Of a stretch of DNA of 64,000 nucleotides, positions 9,638-16,896 are shown piece by piece (position 1 is the stretch's first letter; the number at the start of each line of letters is the position of its first letter). Location of the stretch: positions 54,286 to 118,285 of the forward strand of contig CAVFCW010000004.1 in NCBI GenBank assembly GCA_963621245.1, given 5' to 3'. The notes under the pieces are model-generated. The model was not told the DNA's origin. It was given only the letters and a program-made list of their open reading frames with translations, and did not search any database. A program made the translations under genes and the position numbers. The stretch is from an uncultured Prevotella sp. (lineage in GTDB: Bacteria > Bacillota > Clostridia > Oscillospirales > Acutalibacteraceae).

Positions 9638-10882
9638 ATGAACAGAGTAGTAGTTACAGGAATGGGAGTTGTGTCTCCTATCGGAAACAATGTGGAGGAG
9701 TTCTGGCAGAATCTTCGTGACGGAAAGAACGGAATCGATTTTCTTAAGGGAATCGACACCGAGAATCTTGAAGTTAAAATCGGCGGTGAGGTCAAGGACT
9801 TCGATGTCACAAAATATATGAAGAAGAGCGAGGCAAGAAAAGCCGACAAATTCACCCAGTTCGGTGTTGCCGCTGCCGCTCAGGCTATGGAGCAGTCGGG
9901 ACTTTCAACCGCCGAGGACGGAAACATCGCACCGTCAAGATTGGGCGTTTATTTCGGTTCCGGTATCGGCGGAATCCAGACCTTCTGCAACGAGCACACA
10001 AAACTTATGGAAAAAGGCCCGGGAAAAGTTTCTCCGTTCTTTATTCCTATGATGATTGCAAATATGTGTGCTGGTACCATTGCAATCAAGTACAGCGCAA
10101 AGGGCTCGGCTTTGCCGATGGTTACCGCTTGCGCAACCAGCAACAACACAATCGGCGAGGCTTACAGAGCAATTAAGCACGGCTATGCCGACGCAATCAT
10201 CGCCGGAGGTTCAGAGGCGGCAATCACAGAAATATCCGTAGCCGGCTTCACAAATATGAAGGCTCTTTCCACTAAGAACGACCCCGAAACAGCTTGCTGT
10301 CCATTTGACGTCAAGCGTGACGGATTCGTTATGGGCGAGGGTGCGGGCGCTCTCGTTCTCGAAAGCCTCGATCACGCTCTTGCAAGAGGCGCAAAGATTT
10401 TGGGCGAGATTGTCGGTTACGGTTCAACTTGCGACGCTTACCACATGACCGCACCGGACCCGACAGGCGAGGGCGGAGCAGAGTGCATGCGCCTTGCTCT
10501 TGAGGAAGCAAATATGCCCGATGAAACACATATCTATATCAACGCTCACGGCACAAGCACACCGCTTAACGATGTCAGCGAGACAAAGGTTATCAAGCTT
10601 GCCCTCGGTGAGGAGAGAGCTAAGAAGGCTGTTGTCAGCTCCACAAAGTCAATGACGGGCCATATGCTCGGCGCCGCAGGTGCTGTTGAGGCTATTGCAT
10701 CAATACTTGCAATCGAGCATCAGACAGTTCCGCCGACAATTCACTTGAACGAGCAGGATCCCGAGTGCGATCTCGACTGTTGCCCAAACACTGCAAGAGA
10801 GACAGAGATTAATCTTGCTCTTTCCAACGGTCTCGGATTCGGCGGCCACAACGCTTGTATCGCAATCAAGAAGTACAATTGA
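9638..10882 (+). CDS. fabF: 3-oxoacyl-ACP synthase II
   Basis: MNRVVVTGMG..ACATS..HGTSTP..GHMLGAAG..FGFGGHN is KAS II. ATG 9638 lies 9 nt after AGGGA. Confidence 0.95.
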   Translation: MNRVVVTGMGVVSPIGNNVEEFWQNLRDGKNGIDFLKGIDTENLEVKIGGEVKDFDVTKYMKKSEARKADKFTQFGVAAAAQAMEQSGLSTAEDGNIAPSRLGVYFGSGIGGIQTFCNEHTKLMEKGPGKVSPFFIPMMIANMCAGTIAIKYSAKGSALPMVTACATSNNTIGEAYRAIKHGYADAIIAGGSEAAITEISVAGFTNMKALSTKNDPETACCPFDVKRDGFVMGEGAGALVLESLDHALARGAKILGEIVGYGSTCDAYHMTAPDPTGEGGAECMRLALEEANMPDETHIYINAHGTSTPLNDVSETKVIKLALGEERAKKAVVSSTKSMTGHMLGAAGAVEAIASILAIEHQTVPPTIHLNEQDPECDLDCCPNTARETEINLALSNGLGFGGHNACIAIKKYN

Positions 10883-10909
10883 TATTTGTGTTTGACACAG
10901 AGGTCTGAT

Positions 10910-11332
10910 ATGAATAAAGAAGAAATAAAAAATATATTACCGCACCGCGAGCCTATGCTCCTCGTTGACGAGGTTGAGCTTGTCGACGGCGAGGCTCACG
11001 GCAAATGCTTCATTAAGGGCGACGAGTACTTTCTTCAGGGACATTTTCCCGGTCAGCCCGTCGTGCCGGGAGTCATCCTCTGCGAGATGATGGCTCAGTC
11101 GGCTTGCGTTTTGCTTGCGGGAGATGCCGTAAAGGGCTCCACACCGTTCTTCACGGGACTTGATAAGGTCAAGTTCAGAGGACAGGTTAAGCCCGGCGAT
11201 ACCTTTGAGACAAAATGCGTTCTCACGGGAAACAGGAGAAATTTCTACTTTGCAAGTGCTAAGGGCTATGTTAACGGCAAGCTTTGCGTAAGCGCCGATT
11301 TCAGCTTTGCACTTGTAAAAAACGAAGGTTAA
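10910..11332 (+). CDS. fabZ: 3-hydroxyacyl-ACP dehydratase
   Basis: ILPHREPMLLVD..GHFPGQPVVPGVILCEMMAQ is the FabZ hotdog motif. Confidence 0.93.
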   Translation: MNKEEIKNILPHREPMLLVDEVELVDGEAHGKCFIKGDEYFLQGHFPGQPVVPGVILCEMMAQSACVLLAGDAVKGSTPFFTGLDKVKFRGQVKPGDTFETKCVLTGNRRNFYFASAKGYVNGKLCVSADFSFALVKNEG

Positions 11333-11360
11333 CTTAAAGAACAAAAGAAGAGGTGCAGAC

Positions 11361-12230
11361 ATGCCTGTTAATTTTAAGAACTTCTTCAAGCCGAATTCAC
11401 ACGATAAGCAGGAACCCGAGGTTCATTCTGCCGCCGGTGTTGAGGACGGTTCTGCGGAAGCAAAAAAGACTTGCCCCGAATGCGGTAAGGAAACTCCCGA
11501 GGGAGAGCTTTGGGAGAATTTAAACGTATGCGAATGCGGTCATCATTTCAGAATGAATGCTCGCCAGAGAGTTGCATATTTAATCGGCAACGGTAAATTT
11601 GAGGAGCTGGACGAGGATATGAGCAGCAGCAATGTTCTCGATTTCCCGGGCTACGATGCAAAGCTTTCAAGCGCAAAGCTTCATTCTCACGAGAAAGAAT
11701 CCGTCATCGCGGGCGTTTGTGAGATTGGCGGAATAAAAACCGCACTTTTCGTCATGAACTCCGAGTTTATGATGGGAAGCATGGGTTCCGTTTGCGGCGA
11801 GAAAATCACAAGACTTTTTGAGTATGCAACATCAAACAAGCTCCCCGTAGTCGGTTATACCGTTTCGGGCGGCGCAAGAATGCAGGAGGGAATACTCTCC
11901 CTTATGCAGATGGCTAAAACAAGTGCGGCTGTAAGAAAGCACTCCGATGAGGGACTTCTCTACATTGCCGTTCTCACCGATCCGACCACAGGCGGCGTTA
12001 CCGCAAGCTTTGCCATGGAGGGAGATATTATTCTCGCCGAGCCCAAGGCAACCGTCGGTTTTGCCGGAAGAAGAGTTATCGAGCAGACCATAAGCAAGAA
12101 ACTTCCAAAGGAATTCCAGAAGTCGGAATTTTTGCTTGATCACGGTTTCATCGATAAAATAGTTCCGAGAAACGAGCAGAGAGAAGTCCTCTCTGAACTC
12201 TTGAAAATGCATGTGGGAGGTGCCGACTGA
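11361..12230 (+). CDS. accD: acetyl-CoA carboxylase carboxyltransferase beta subunit
   Basis: N-terminal zinc ribbon CPECG..CECGHHFRM, followed by the carboxyltransferase fold (GGARMQEG). Confidence 0.93.
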   Translation: MPVNFKNFFKPNSHDKQEPEVHSAAGVEDGSAEAKKTCPECGKETPEGELWENLNVCECGHHFRMNARQRVAYLIGNGKFEELDEDMSSSNVLDFPGYDAKLSSAKLHSHEKESVIAGVCEIGGIKTALFVMNSEFMMGSMGSVCGEKITRLFEYATSNKLPVVGYTVSGGARMQEGILSLMQMAKTSAAVRKHSDEGLLYIAVLTDPTTGGVTASFAMEGDIILAEPKATVGFAGRRVIEQTISKKLPKEFQKSEFLLDHGFIDKIVPRNEQREVLSELLKMHVGGAD

Positions 12231-12994
12231 TGACTGCTTATGAAAAGCTGAAAACAGCAAGAGGAAAGGGCAGACCTACCGGCTCTGACTATATCAACAA
12301 TATTTTCACCGATTTTATCGAGCTTCACGGCGACAGAAGATTCTCCGACGATCAGGCTATCGTTGCGGGCATAGCAAGACTTGACGGCGAGCCCGTCACG
12401 GTTATTGCCATCGAGCGCGGCAAGGATGTTTACGAGAGAATCAAGAGAAACTTCGGCTCACCGAATCCTGAGGGATACCGTAAGGCTCTGCGCCTTATGA
12501 AACAGGCTGAAAAATTCCATCGTCCGATTGTTTGCTTTGTCGATACGGCAGGCGCGTTCTGCGGCGTTGAGGCTGAGGAGAGAGGTCAGGGTCAGGCAAT
12601 TGCCGAGAACCTTTACGAGCTTATCGGACTCAAGACGCCAATGATTTCCGTTATCGTTGGCGAGGGCGGCTCAGGCGGTGCGCTTGCACTTGGCGTAGCC
12701 GACAGAGTTTGGATTATGGAAAACGCTTGCTATTCCGTTGTTTCTCCCGAGGGTTGCGCAAGCATCATCTGGAAGGACGCAAAGCGTGCCGACGAGGCTG
12801 CCGAGGCACTCCAGATAACAGCGGAGAGCATGGAAAAGCTCAAGGTTGTCGAAAAGGTTATCTCCGAGCAGAGAGAGCAAAGCGAGATATATGCCGATAT
12901 GAAAAATCAGCTTGAAGAAGAGATTAAAAACCTCAAAAAGCTCGATACCGATACTCTCTTGGAGCAGCGCTACAACAGATTCAGAGCATATTAA
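12230..12994 (+). CDS. accA: acetyl-CoA carboxylase carboxyltransferase alpha subunit
   Basis: ..FIELHGDRRF.DD.AIV.G..PVTVIA..RNFG...PEGYRKALRLM..AEKF.RPI..F.DT.GA. The ATGA overlap with accD suggests translational coupling. Confidence 0.93.
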   Translation: MTAYEKLKTARGKGRPTGSDYINNIFTDFIELHGDRRFSDDQAIVAGIARLDGEPVTVIAIERGKDVYERIKRNFGSPNPEGYRKALRLMKQAEKFHRPIVCFVDTAGAFCGVEAEERGQGQAIAENLYELIGLKTPMISVIVGEGGSGGALALGVADRVWIMENACYSVVSPEGCASIIWKDAKRADEAAEALQITAESMEKLKVVEKVISEQREQSEIYADMKNQLEEEIKNLKKLDTDTLLEQRYNRFRAY

Positions 12995-13016
12995 TAATAA
13001 AACAGTTTTATATAAA

Positions 13017-13051
13017 GAATCGTTTCCGAAAAAGGAAACGATTCTTTTTTT
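13017..13051 (+). terminator. intrinsic terminator of the fab/acc operon
   Basis: A perfect 11-bp stem, GAATCGTTTCC / GGAAACGATTC, followed by TTTTTTT. Confidence 0.8.
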
Positions 13052-13066
13052 CTGCCCTAAAAAGCT

Positions 13067-13109
13067 TGTCCGTTTTCTGTCCGCTTGGGATTTGTATAAT
13101 GAAATCACA
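13067..13109 (+). promoter_or_regulatory. promoter module copy 1 (TGTCC-N6-TGTCC-N12-TATAAT-GAAATCACA)
   Basis: The sequence is tgtcc gttttc tgtcc gcttgggatttg tataat gaaatcaca. The same architecture and spacing recur at 13529 and 14091. Confidence 0.5.
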
Positions 13110-13190
13110 ACAAAGGCAAGTAAGCCTTAAGAAAAAGAAAGAGATTATGAAAAAGACCTATACAAAAATTCAGAGAAAAGGAGAAACGTT

Positions 13191-13364
13191 ATGAGCTTTT
13201 ACATGAACAATCATATGGAGAACACAATAGGCAGCAACAGACACGAGGATACACTCATCAACCGTGAGGTAAGAATGCGTTACGGCATGGATATGACAAC
13301 AACGAGGGGAAGAAGATACATGGACGCTTGTGAGAACGATTCCTTCTTTCCTCAGGTACTGTAA
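13191..13364 (+). CDS. hypothetical small protein, 57 aa, hydrophilic, Met/Arg-rich (sORF1)
   Basis: AAGGAG lies 7 nt upstream of the ATG. The protein is MSFYMNNHMENTIGSNRHEDTLINREVRMRYGMDMTTTRGRRYMDACENDSFFPQVL. The ATG overlaps the TGA of a possible 15-codon uORF at 13147-13194. Confidence 0.45.
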   Translation: MSFYMNNHMENTIGSNRHEDTLINREVRMRYGMDMTTTRGRRYMDACENDSFFPQVL

Positions 13365-13388
13365 ATAAAAAAGGAGCTAATATAAAAA

Positions 13389-13523
13389 ATGGTAATGGCA
13401 GGATATTTAACAAAGGAAATCGGTTCGGCGGTATATATGGACAGCGTGCTCCCGTTTGTGAGCATCAAGCCGAAAGAGAGAAAAGCAAAAATACCGAAAA
13501 CAAAATCGGTGAAAAACAAATAA
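13389..13523 (+). CDS. hypothetical small protein, 44 aa, Lys-rich C-terminus (sORF2)
   Basis: AAGGAG lies 12 nt upstream, which is rather far. The protein is MVMAGYLTKEIGSAVYMDSVLPFVSIKPKERKAKIPKTKSVKNK. Confidence 0.35.
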   Translation: MVMAGYLTKEIGSAVYMDSVLPFVSIKPKERKAKIPKTKSVKNK

Positions 13524-13528
13524 AAATT

Positions 13529-13571
13529 TGTCCGATAATTGTCCTATCGGATGGGGTAAAATAAAATCACA
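13529..13571 (+). promoter_or_regulatory. promoter module copy 2 (TGTCC-N6-TGTCC-N12-TAAAAT-AAAATCACA)
   Basis: The sequence is tgtcc gataat tgtcc tatcggatgggg taaaat aaaatcaca. It can also be read as TTGTCC-17-TAAAAT (13539-13544 and 13562-13567). Confidence 0.5.
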
Positions 13572-13612
13572 TTAAAGAACAAAAACAACTTAAAAAAGAG
13601 GAGTAAAAACTT

Positions 13613-13726
13613 ATGATTCATGCGGTAGTTTTGGGAGCAATATTCGGAGCATATTTCACATACATAATTGCTTCACTTATTTATAACGCAGTTACGGAGA
13701 ATAAAGAAGAAACAGTAGGCGCATAA
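13613..13726 (+). CDS. hypothetical small membrane peptide, 37 aa (sORF3)
   Basis: GAGGAG lies 9 nt upstream. MIHAVVLGAIFGAYFTYIIASLIYNAVTENKEETVGA has one hydrophobic span and an acidic tail. Confidence 0.5.
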   Translation: MIHAVVLGAIFGAYFTYIIASLIYNAVTENKEETVGA

Positions 13727-13768
13727 AGACGAAAGCGCATACCGAGGTTTGAAAAAGAGGAGGAGAAT

Positions 13769-13942
13769 ATGGAGTTAATAGGACTTTTGGTTATGGCAGT
13801 TATTTCAGTGGTTATAATCTCAGCCATAGCATTTATAGGATTATACGGAATTTTCAGTTTGGTTAAATTCTTCGCAGTGGGAGCGGTTGTTCTCACGGGA
13901 GTCGGAGCTCTTGTGGGGCTCACGGGATTATTGATTGGTTAA
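13769..13942 (+). CDS. hypothetical small membrane protein, 57 aa, two hydrophobic spans (sORF4)
   Basis: GAGGAGGAG lies just upstream. The protein is MELIGLLVMAVISVVIISAIAFIGLYGIFSLVKFFAVGAVVLTGVGALVGLTGLLIG, and its second span is Gly-rich. Confidence 0.55.
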   Translation: MELIGLLVMAVISVVIISAIAFIGLYGIFSLVKFFAVGAVVLTGVGALVGLTGLLIG

Positions 13943-13953
13943 AGGAGGAAAAA

Positions 13954-14088
13954 ATGGATTTCAGTTTAGCGCACTTCTTCAGTTCGGTGGCGTCAAGAGT
14001 CATCACGGGAGTTATAGCATTCGTGATAGTCACTTATTTGTTTCCGGTTATCAGAGCGAGAAGAGAAAACAAAAAATTGAACGGATAA
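13954..14088 (+). CDS. hypothetical small membrane peptide, 44 aa (sORF5)
   Basis: AGGAGG lies 5 nt upstream, and the ORF starts 11 nt after the sORF4 stop. MDFSLAHFFSSVASRVITGVIAFVIVTYLFPVIRARRENKKLNG has one hydrophobic span and a basic tail. Confidence 0.55.
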   Translation: MDFSLAHFFSSVASRVITGVIAFVIVTYLFPVIRARRENKKLNG

Positions 14089-14090
14089 AA

Positions 14091-14133
14091 TGTCCTTTAT
14101 TTGTCCCACTCCAGGTGGTACAATAAAATCACA
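14091..14133 (+). promoter_or_regulatory. promoter module copy 3 (TGTCC-N6-TGTCC-N12-TACAAT-AAAATCACA)
   Basis: The sequence is tgtcc tttatt tgtcc cactccaggtgg tacaat aaaatcaca. It can also be read as TTGTCC-17-TAAAAT (14101-14106 and 14124-14129). Confidence 0.5.
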
Positions 14134-14177
14134 GTAAAGAACAAAACAAAAACAATAAATCAAAAAGGAGAAAAAAC

Positions 14178-14288
14178 ATGAGTTTGGGAACAGCACACAT
14201 CATATACACGGCACTGACAAGCATAGTCACCGTCATCATCGTAACAAAGCTTCTCACTTACATTGAGAGCAAGTATCCGACAAAATAA
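14178..14288 (+). CDS. hypothetical small membrane peptide, 36 aa (sORF6)
   Basis: AAGGAG lies 7 nt upstream. The protein is MSLGTAHIIYTALTSIVTVIIVTKLLTYIESKYPTK. Its N-terminus (SL..AH) and ..TY.. motif resemble sORF5. Confidence 0.5.
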   Translation: MSLGTAHIIYTALTSIVTVIIVTKLLTYIESKYPTK

Positions 14289-14398
14289 AACATCTTAAAA
14301 TTAAAACAATTTAAAAATTAAAAAATCAAAACACTTTTCACTAAAATAATTATTTAAATTCATCTAATCAAAAATTAAAAAAAGAGAGGTAACAAATT

Positions 14399-15091
14399 AT
14401 GAAGTATCAGATTCAGGGAGACAACTTACCGGTAGTAATATGCGAGCTCGATCAGAATGAGAGCATGGTAACACAGGACGGCGGAATGTCCTGGATGTCA
14501 CCCAACATGGAAATGAAAACAACAACAAACGGCGGTTTTAAGAAGGCATTCGGAAGAATGTTCTCAGGCGCCAAGATGTTCCAGAATATATACACAGCAA
14601 GAGACAGCGGCGGAATGATTGCATTTGCTTCCGATTTCCCCGGCTCAATCAGAGCGTTCGATATCGCCCCCGGCAACGAGATGATTTTGCAGAAGAGAGC
14701 ATATCTTGCAAGCGAATCGGGAGTAAACCTTGACATTTACTTCCAGAAAAAGATTTCCGGCGGATTTTTCAGCGGCGAGGGCTTCATTTTGCAGAAGATC
14801 TCGGGCAACGGAACCGTATTTGCAGAGTTTGACGGCCATGTCGTTGAGTACGGACTCGGCGAAGGTCAGCAGCTTGTTGTCGATACAGGCCATTTGGCAG
14901 CAATGAGCGCAACATGCAGCATTGAGATTAAGGGCGTTCCGGGACTTAAGAATAAGATTTTCGGCGGCGAGGGACTTTTCAACACCGTTATCACAGGCCC
15001 CGGCAGAGTTTGGCTCCAGACCATGCCGCTCAAGAATATGGCAGAGGCTCTCATGCCGTTTATGCCGCAGGCAAACGTAGAAATTAAGTAA
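14399..15091 (+). CDS. TIGR00266 / AIM24 (DUF124) family protein
   Basis: 230 aa. The pattern MKYQIQGDNLPVVICELDQNESMVTQDGGMSWM..GGFFSGEGFILQKISGNGTVFAEFDGHVVEY.L..GQQLVVDTGHLAA..GEGLFNTVITGPGRVWLQTMP is typical of this family. Confidence 0.85.
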   Translation: MKYQIQGDNLPVVICELDQNESMVTQDGGMSWMSPNMEMKTTTNGGFKKAFGRMFSGAKMFQNIYTARDSGGMIAFASDFPGSIRAFDIAPGNEMILQKRAYLASESGVNLDIYFQKKISGGFFSGEGFILQKISGNGTVFAEFDGHVVEYGLGEGQQLVVDTGHLAAMSATCSIEIKGVPGLKNKIFGGEGLFNTVITGPGRVWLQTMPLKNMAEALMPFMPQANVEIK

Positions 15092-15109
15092 TCCCCTGAA
15101 TATATTTGA

Positions 15110-15150
15110 AAACAAAGAACCGAGTCGAAATCGACTCGGTTCTTTGTTTT
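15110..15150. terminator. bidirectional intrinsic terminator between convergent genes
   Basis: An 18-bp stem, AACAAAGAACCGAGTCGA / TCGACTCGGTTCTTTGTT, with T-runs on both strands. Confidence 0.8.
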
Positions 15151-15325
15151 GGGTGTGTGTCTTTGGGTAATGTATGATAGGGTATTGTATGTAATCGTAG
15201 TATGTAGTGTTGCCAATCGGCATTAATCTTCTTTTCTTTCTTTTCTACTTCAAGTCAAACTTCTATAATTTTTCGATAACTTTCTTCTTTTCTTTTTACT
15301 TCTTTAATTCTTTCTTTTAGGGCTC

Positions 15326-16498
15326 TTAGCTCTCCAGTAAATCGGAGATATAGAACGCAAGCTGAAGACTCATTTTGTCCTCTGCGCTAAACTCAGAACC
15401 GAGAATTTCTTTTATTCTCTTAATCTGATAGTTAACCGTGTTTCTGTGAACATTACACTTAGCCGCAACCACCTGAATACTTGAGTTGCTGTCGAGATAA
15501 TCTCTCAAGACCTCACAGTAGTTCGTGTAATTTTTCTGGTCGAATTCCTCGAGTTTTCCGAGAACCTCGTTTTTGAAGCTGCGAAGCGTCTCGGCGGGAG
15601 TGACCGCAAGCAAAAGTCTGTAAACGCCCGTGTCGGCGTAATTCATAAGACGAACGGATTTTATGCTTGCAACTTTCATGGAAGAAATGCTCTGACGGTA
15701 AATTTCAGGAACCGACTGATAGCCGAATCCCACGCTCGAAAATCCGATTCTTATATCAAAAATAGGATTTTGCTCGACATATTCGTCTGCGGCGGCTAAA
15801 AGTTTTTCCGCAACCGTGTCGTGATCGATGCCGTAGAATATCATGATGAAGGTTTCGTCCTGAGTAAACATGCTCACCTGACGGGCGTCTCTCGCAAAAC
15901 ATTTCTGCATGAGATATTTAAGTCCGAGGTAATCGTGTCCGACAGGAACTCTCGTGTTCATAATAAGCTTTACAGCGGCTGTGCAGTAGCTTCCGTCATC
16001 GTGAAAACCGCGTCTGTCAAGAACAGGCACATAATCCTTTTGATTCTCCGGGGAGAAGATAAGGTTTCTGAATGCCGTTCCGAGGCTTATTTCAGATTCC
16101 TCGTTTGCGATAATTCTGTGACAGAAGTCATAGATAATATCGATGAGGTGAACGCTCCACGGGAGGGAGTAAAGCGGAAGGTGATGCTCCTCGCAGAAAT
16201 CGATGAGTTCCTTCGGCACCTCGGTGATGTACGGACCGAGGTTAACGCAAAGTCCCGCAGCGTTTTTTTCAATCATTTTCTCTGCAAAAGGAACAAGCCA
16301 GCCGAGGCTTCCGTACTTTTGCTGACCGATACCGGTTACAAAAAGCAACTCGTTTCCGTGAAGAAAATCGGGAACTTCAATATCCTCAACGAGGTGAACC
16401 CAACGGACAAAGCTTGATGTGCCCGCCTGACCCGCAAGGAGTTGCATACTGTATGTAGTTTCAGTGTTGTAGCAAAGCTGAGATAATGTAATAGCCAA
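15326..16498 (-). CDS. PucR-family transcriptional regulator
   Basis: The C-terminal PucR helix-turn-helix (VVAAKCNVHRNTVNYQIKRIKEILG) is preceded by a purine-catabolism-regulator-like N-domain. A TTG start at 16498 (giving MAITLSQL..) is preferred because AAGGAG lies 6 nt upstream. The track ORF runs to 16576. Confidence 0.8.
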   Translation of the reverse strand: MAITLSQLCYNTETTYSMQLLAGQAGTSSFVRWVHLVEDIEVPDFLHGNELLFVTGIGQQKYGSLGWLVPFAEKMIEKNAAGLCVNLGPYITEVPKELIDFCEEHHLPLYSLPWSVHLIDIIYDFCHRIIANEESEISLGTAFRNLIFSPENQKDYVPVLDRRGFHDDGSYCTAAVKLIMNTRVPVGHDYLGLKYLMQKCFARDARQVSMFTQDETFIMIFYGIDHDTVAEKLLAAADEYVEQNPIFDIRIGFSSVGFGYQSVPEIYRQSISSMKVASIKSVRLMNYADTGVYRLLLAVTPAETLRSFKNEVLGKLEEFDQKNYTNYCEVLRDYLDSNSSIQVVAAKCNVHRNTVNYQIKRIKEILGSEFSAEDKMSLQLAFYISDLLES

Positions 16499-16778
16499 GG
16501 TTTGCTCCTTTCCTGTATAAACAAAAAACGCTTTTACGCCCGATACGATATTCGGGATAAAAGCGCCGTTGCTCAATCATTTTTATAACTCAATTAATTT
16601 GACAATCCACAGTAAAAAAGCAAACTTCCAAATGAAATTGTGCTATACTGAATTTGTGAGTTTATTATATATGCATTTTTGTCAAAATGCAAGTCCTAAA
16701 ATGAATTTTGGCACAATATTCACAAAACCAGCTATGCAATATCGATTTTTTGAATATTTTGATAAAAGAACTTTCAGA

Positions 16779-16807
16779 TTGTAAAATTTACACAAAGTTT
16801 GTATAAT
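16779..16807 (+). promoter_or_regulatory. putative promoter of the GH42 gene (TTGTAA-17-TATAAT)
   Basis: TTGTAA at 16779-16784, a 17-nt spacer, and TATAAT at 16802-16807. Confidence 0.4.
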
Positions 16808-16896
16808 CTATGTGCAGAAATGAAAAAGCCCGATTCTTTTGGGGAGAACAAGGCTTTCGGATTTGATAAGATTTAATAGATGCGGAGGATCACCAA

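Noticed and set aside
12912-13130. 72-aa ORF on the + strand spanning the accA 3' end, the terminator and promoter module 1.
   Set aside because: It reads through a strong intrinsic terminator and a promoter. It has no SD and its sequence is low-complexity.
13681-14126. Track ORFs 13681-13923 (-), 13935-14126 (+) and 13993-14196 (-) in the small-ORF region.
   Set aside because: None has an SD at proper spacing. They run antisense to, or out of frame with, sORF3-5, which do have strong SDs and plausible membrane-peptide sequences.
15225-15325. Pyrimidine-rich (+ strand) low-complexity stretch downstream of the PucR stop. It is purine-rich on the - strand.
   Set aside because: I could find no repeat unit, hairpin or ORF. 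It is probably just the 3' UTR leading to the shared terminator at 15110-15150.
16569-16784. 71-aa ORF on the + strand in the PucR/GH42 divergent spacer.
   Set aside because: The region is AT-rich promoter DNA. The ORF has no SD, overlaps the candidate GH42 promoter, and its composition is typical of random AT-rich ORFs.
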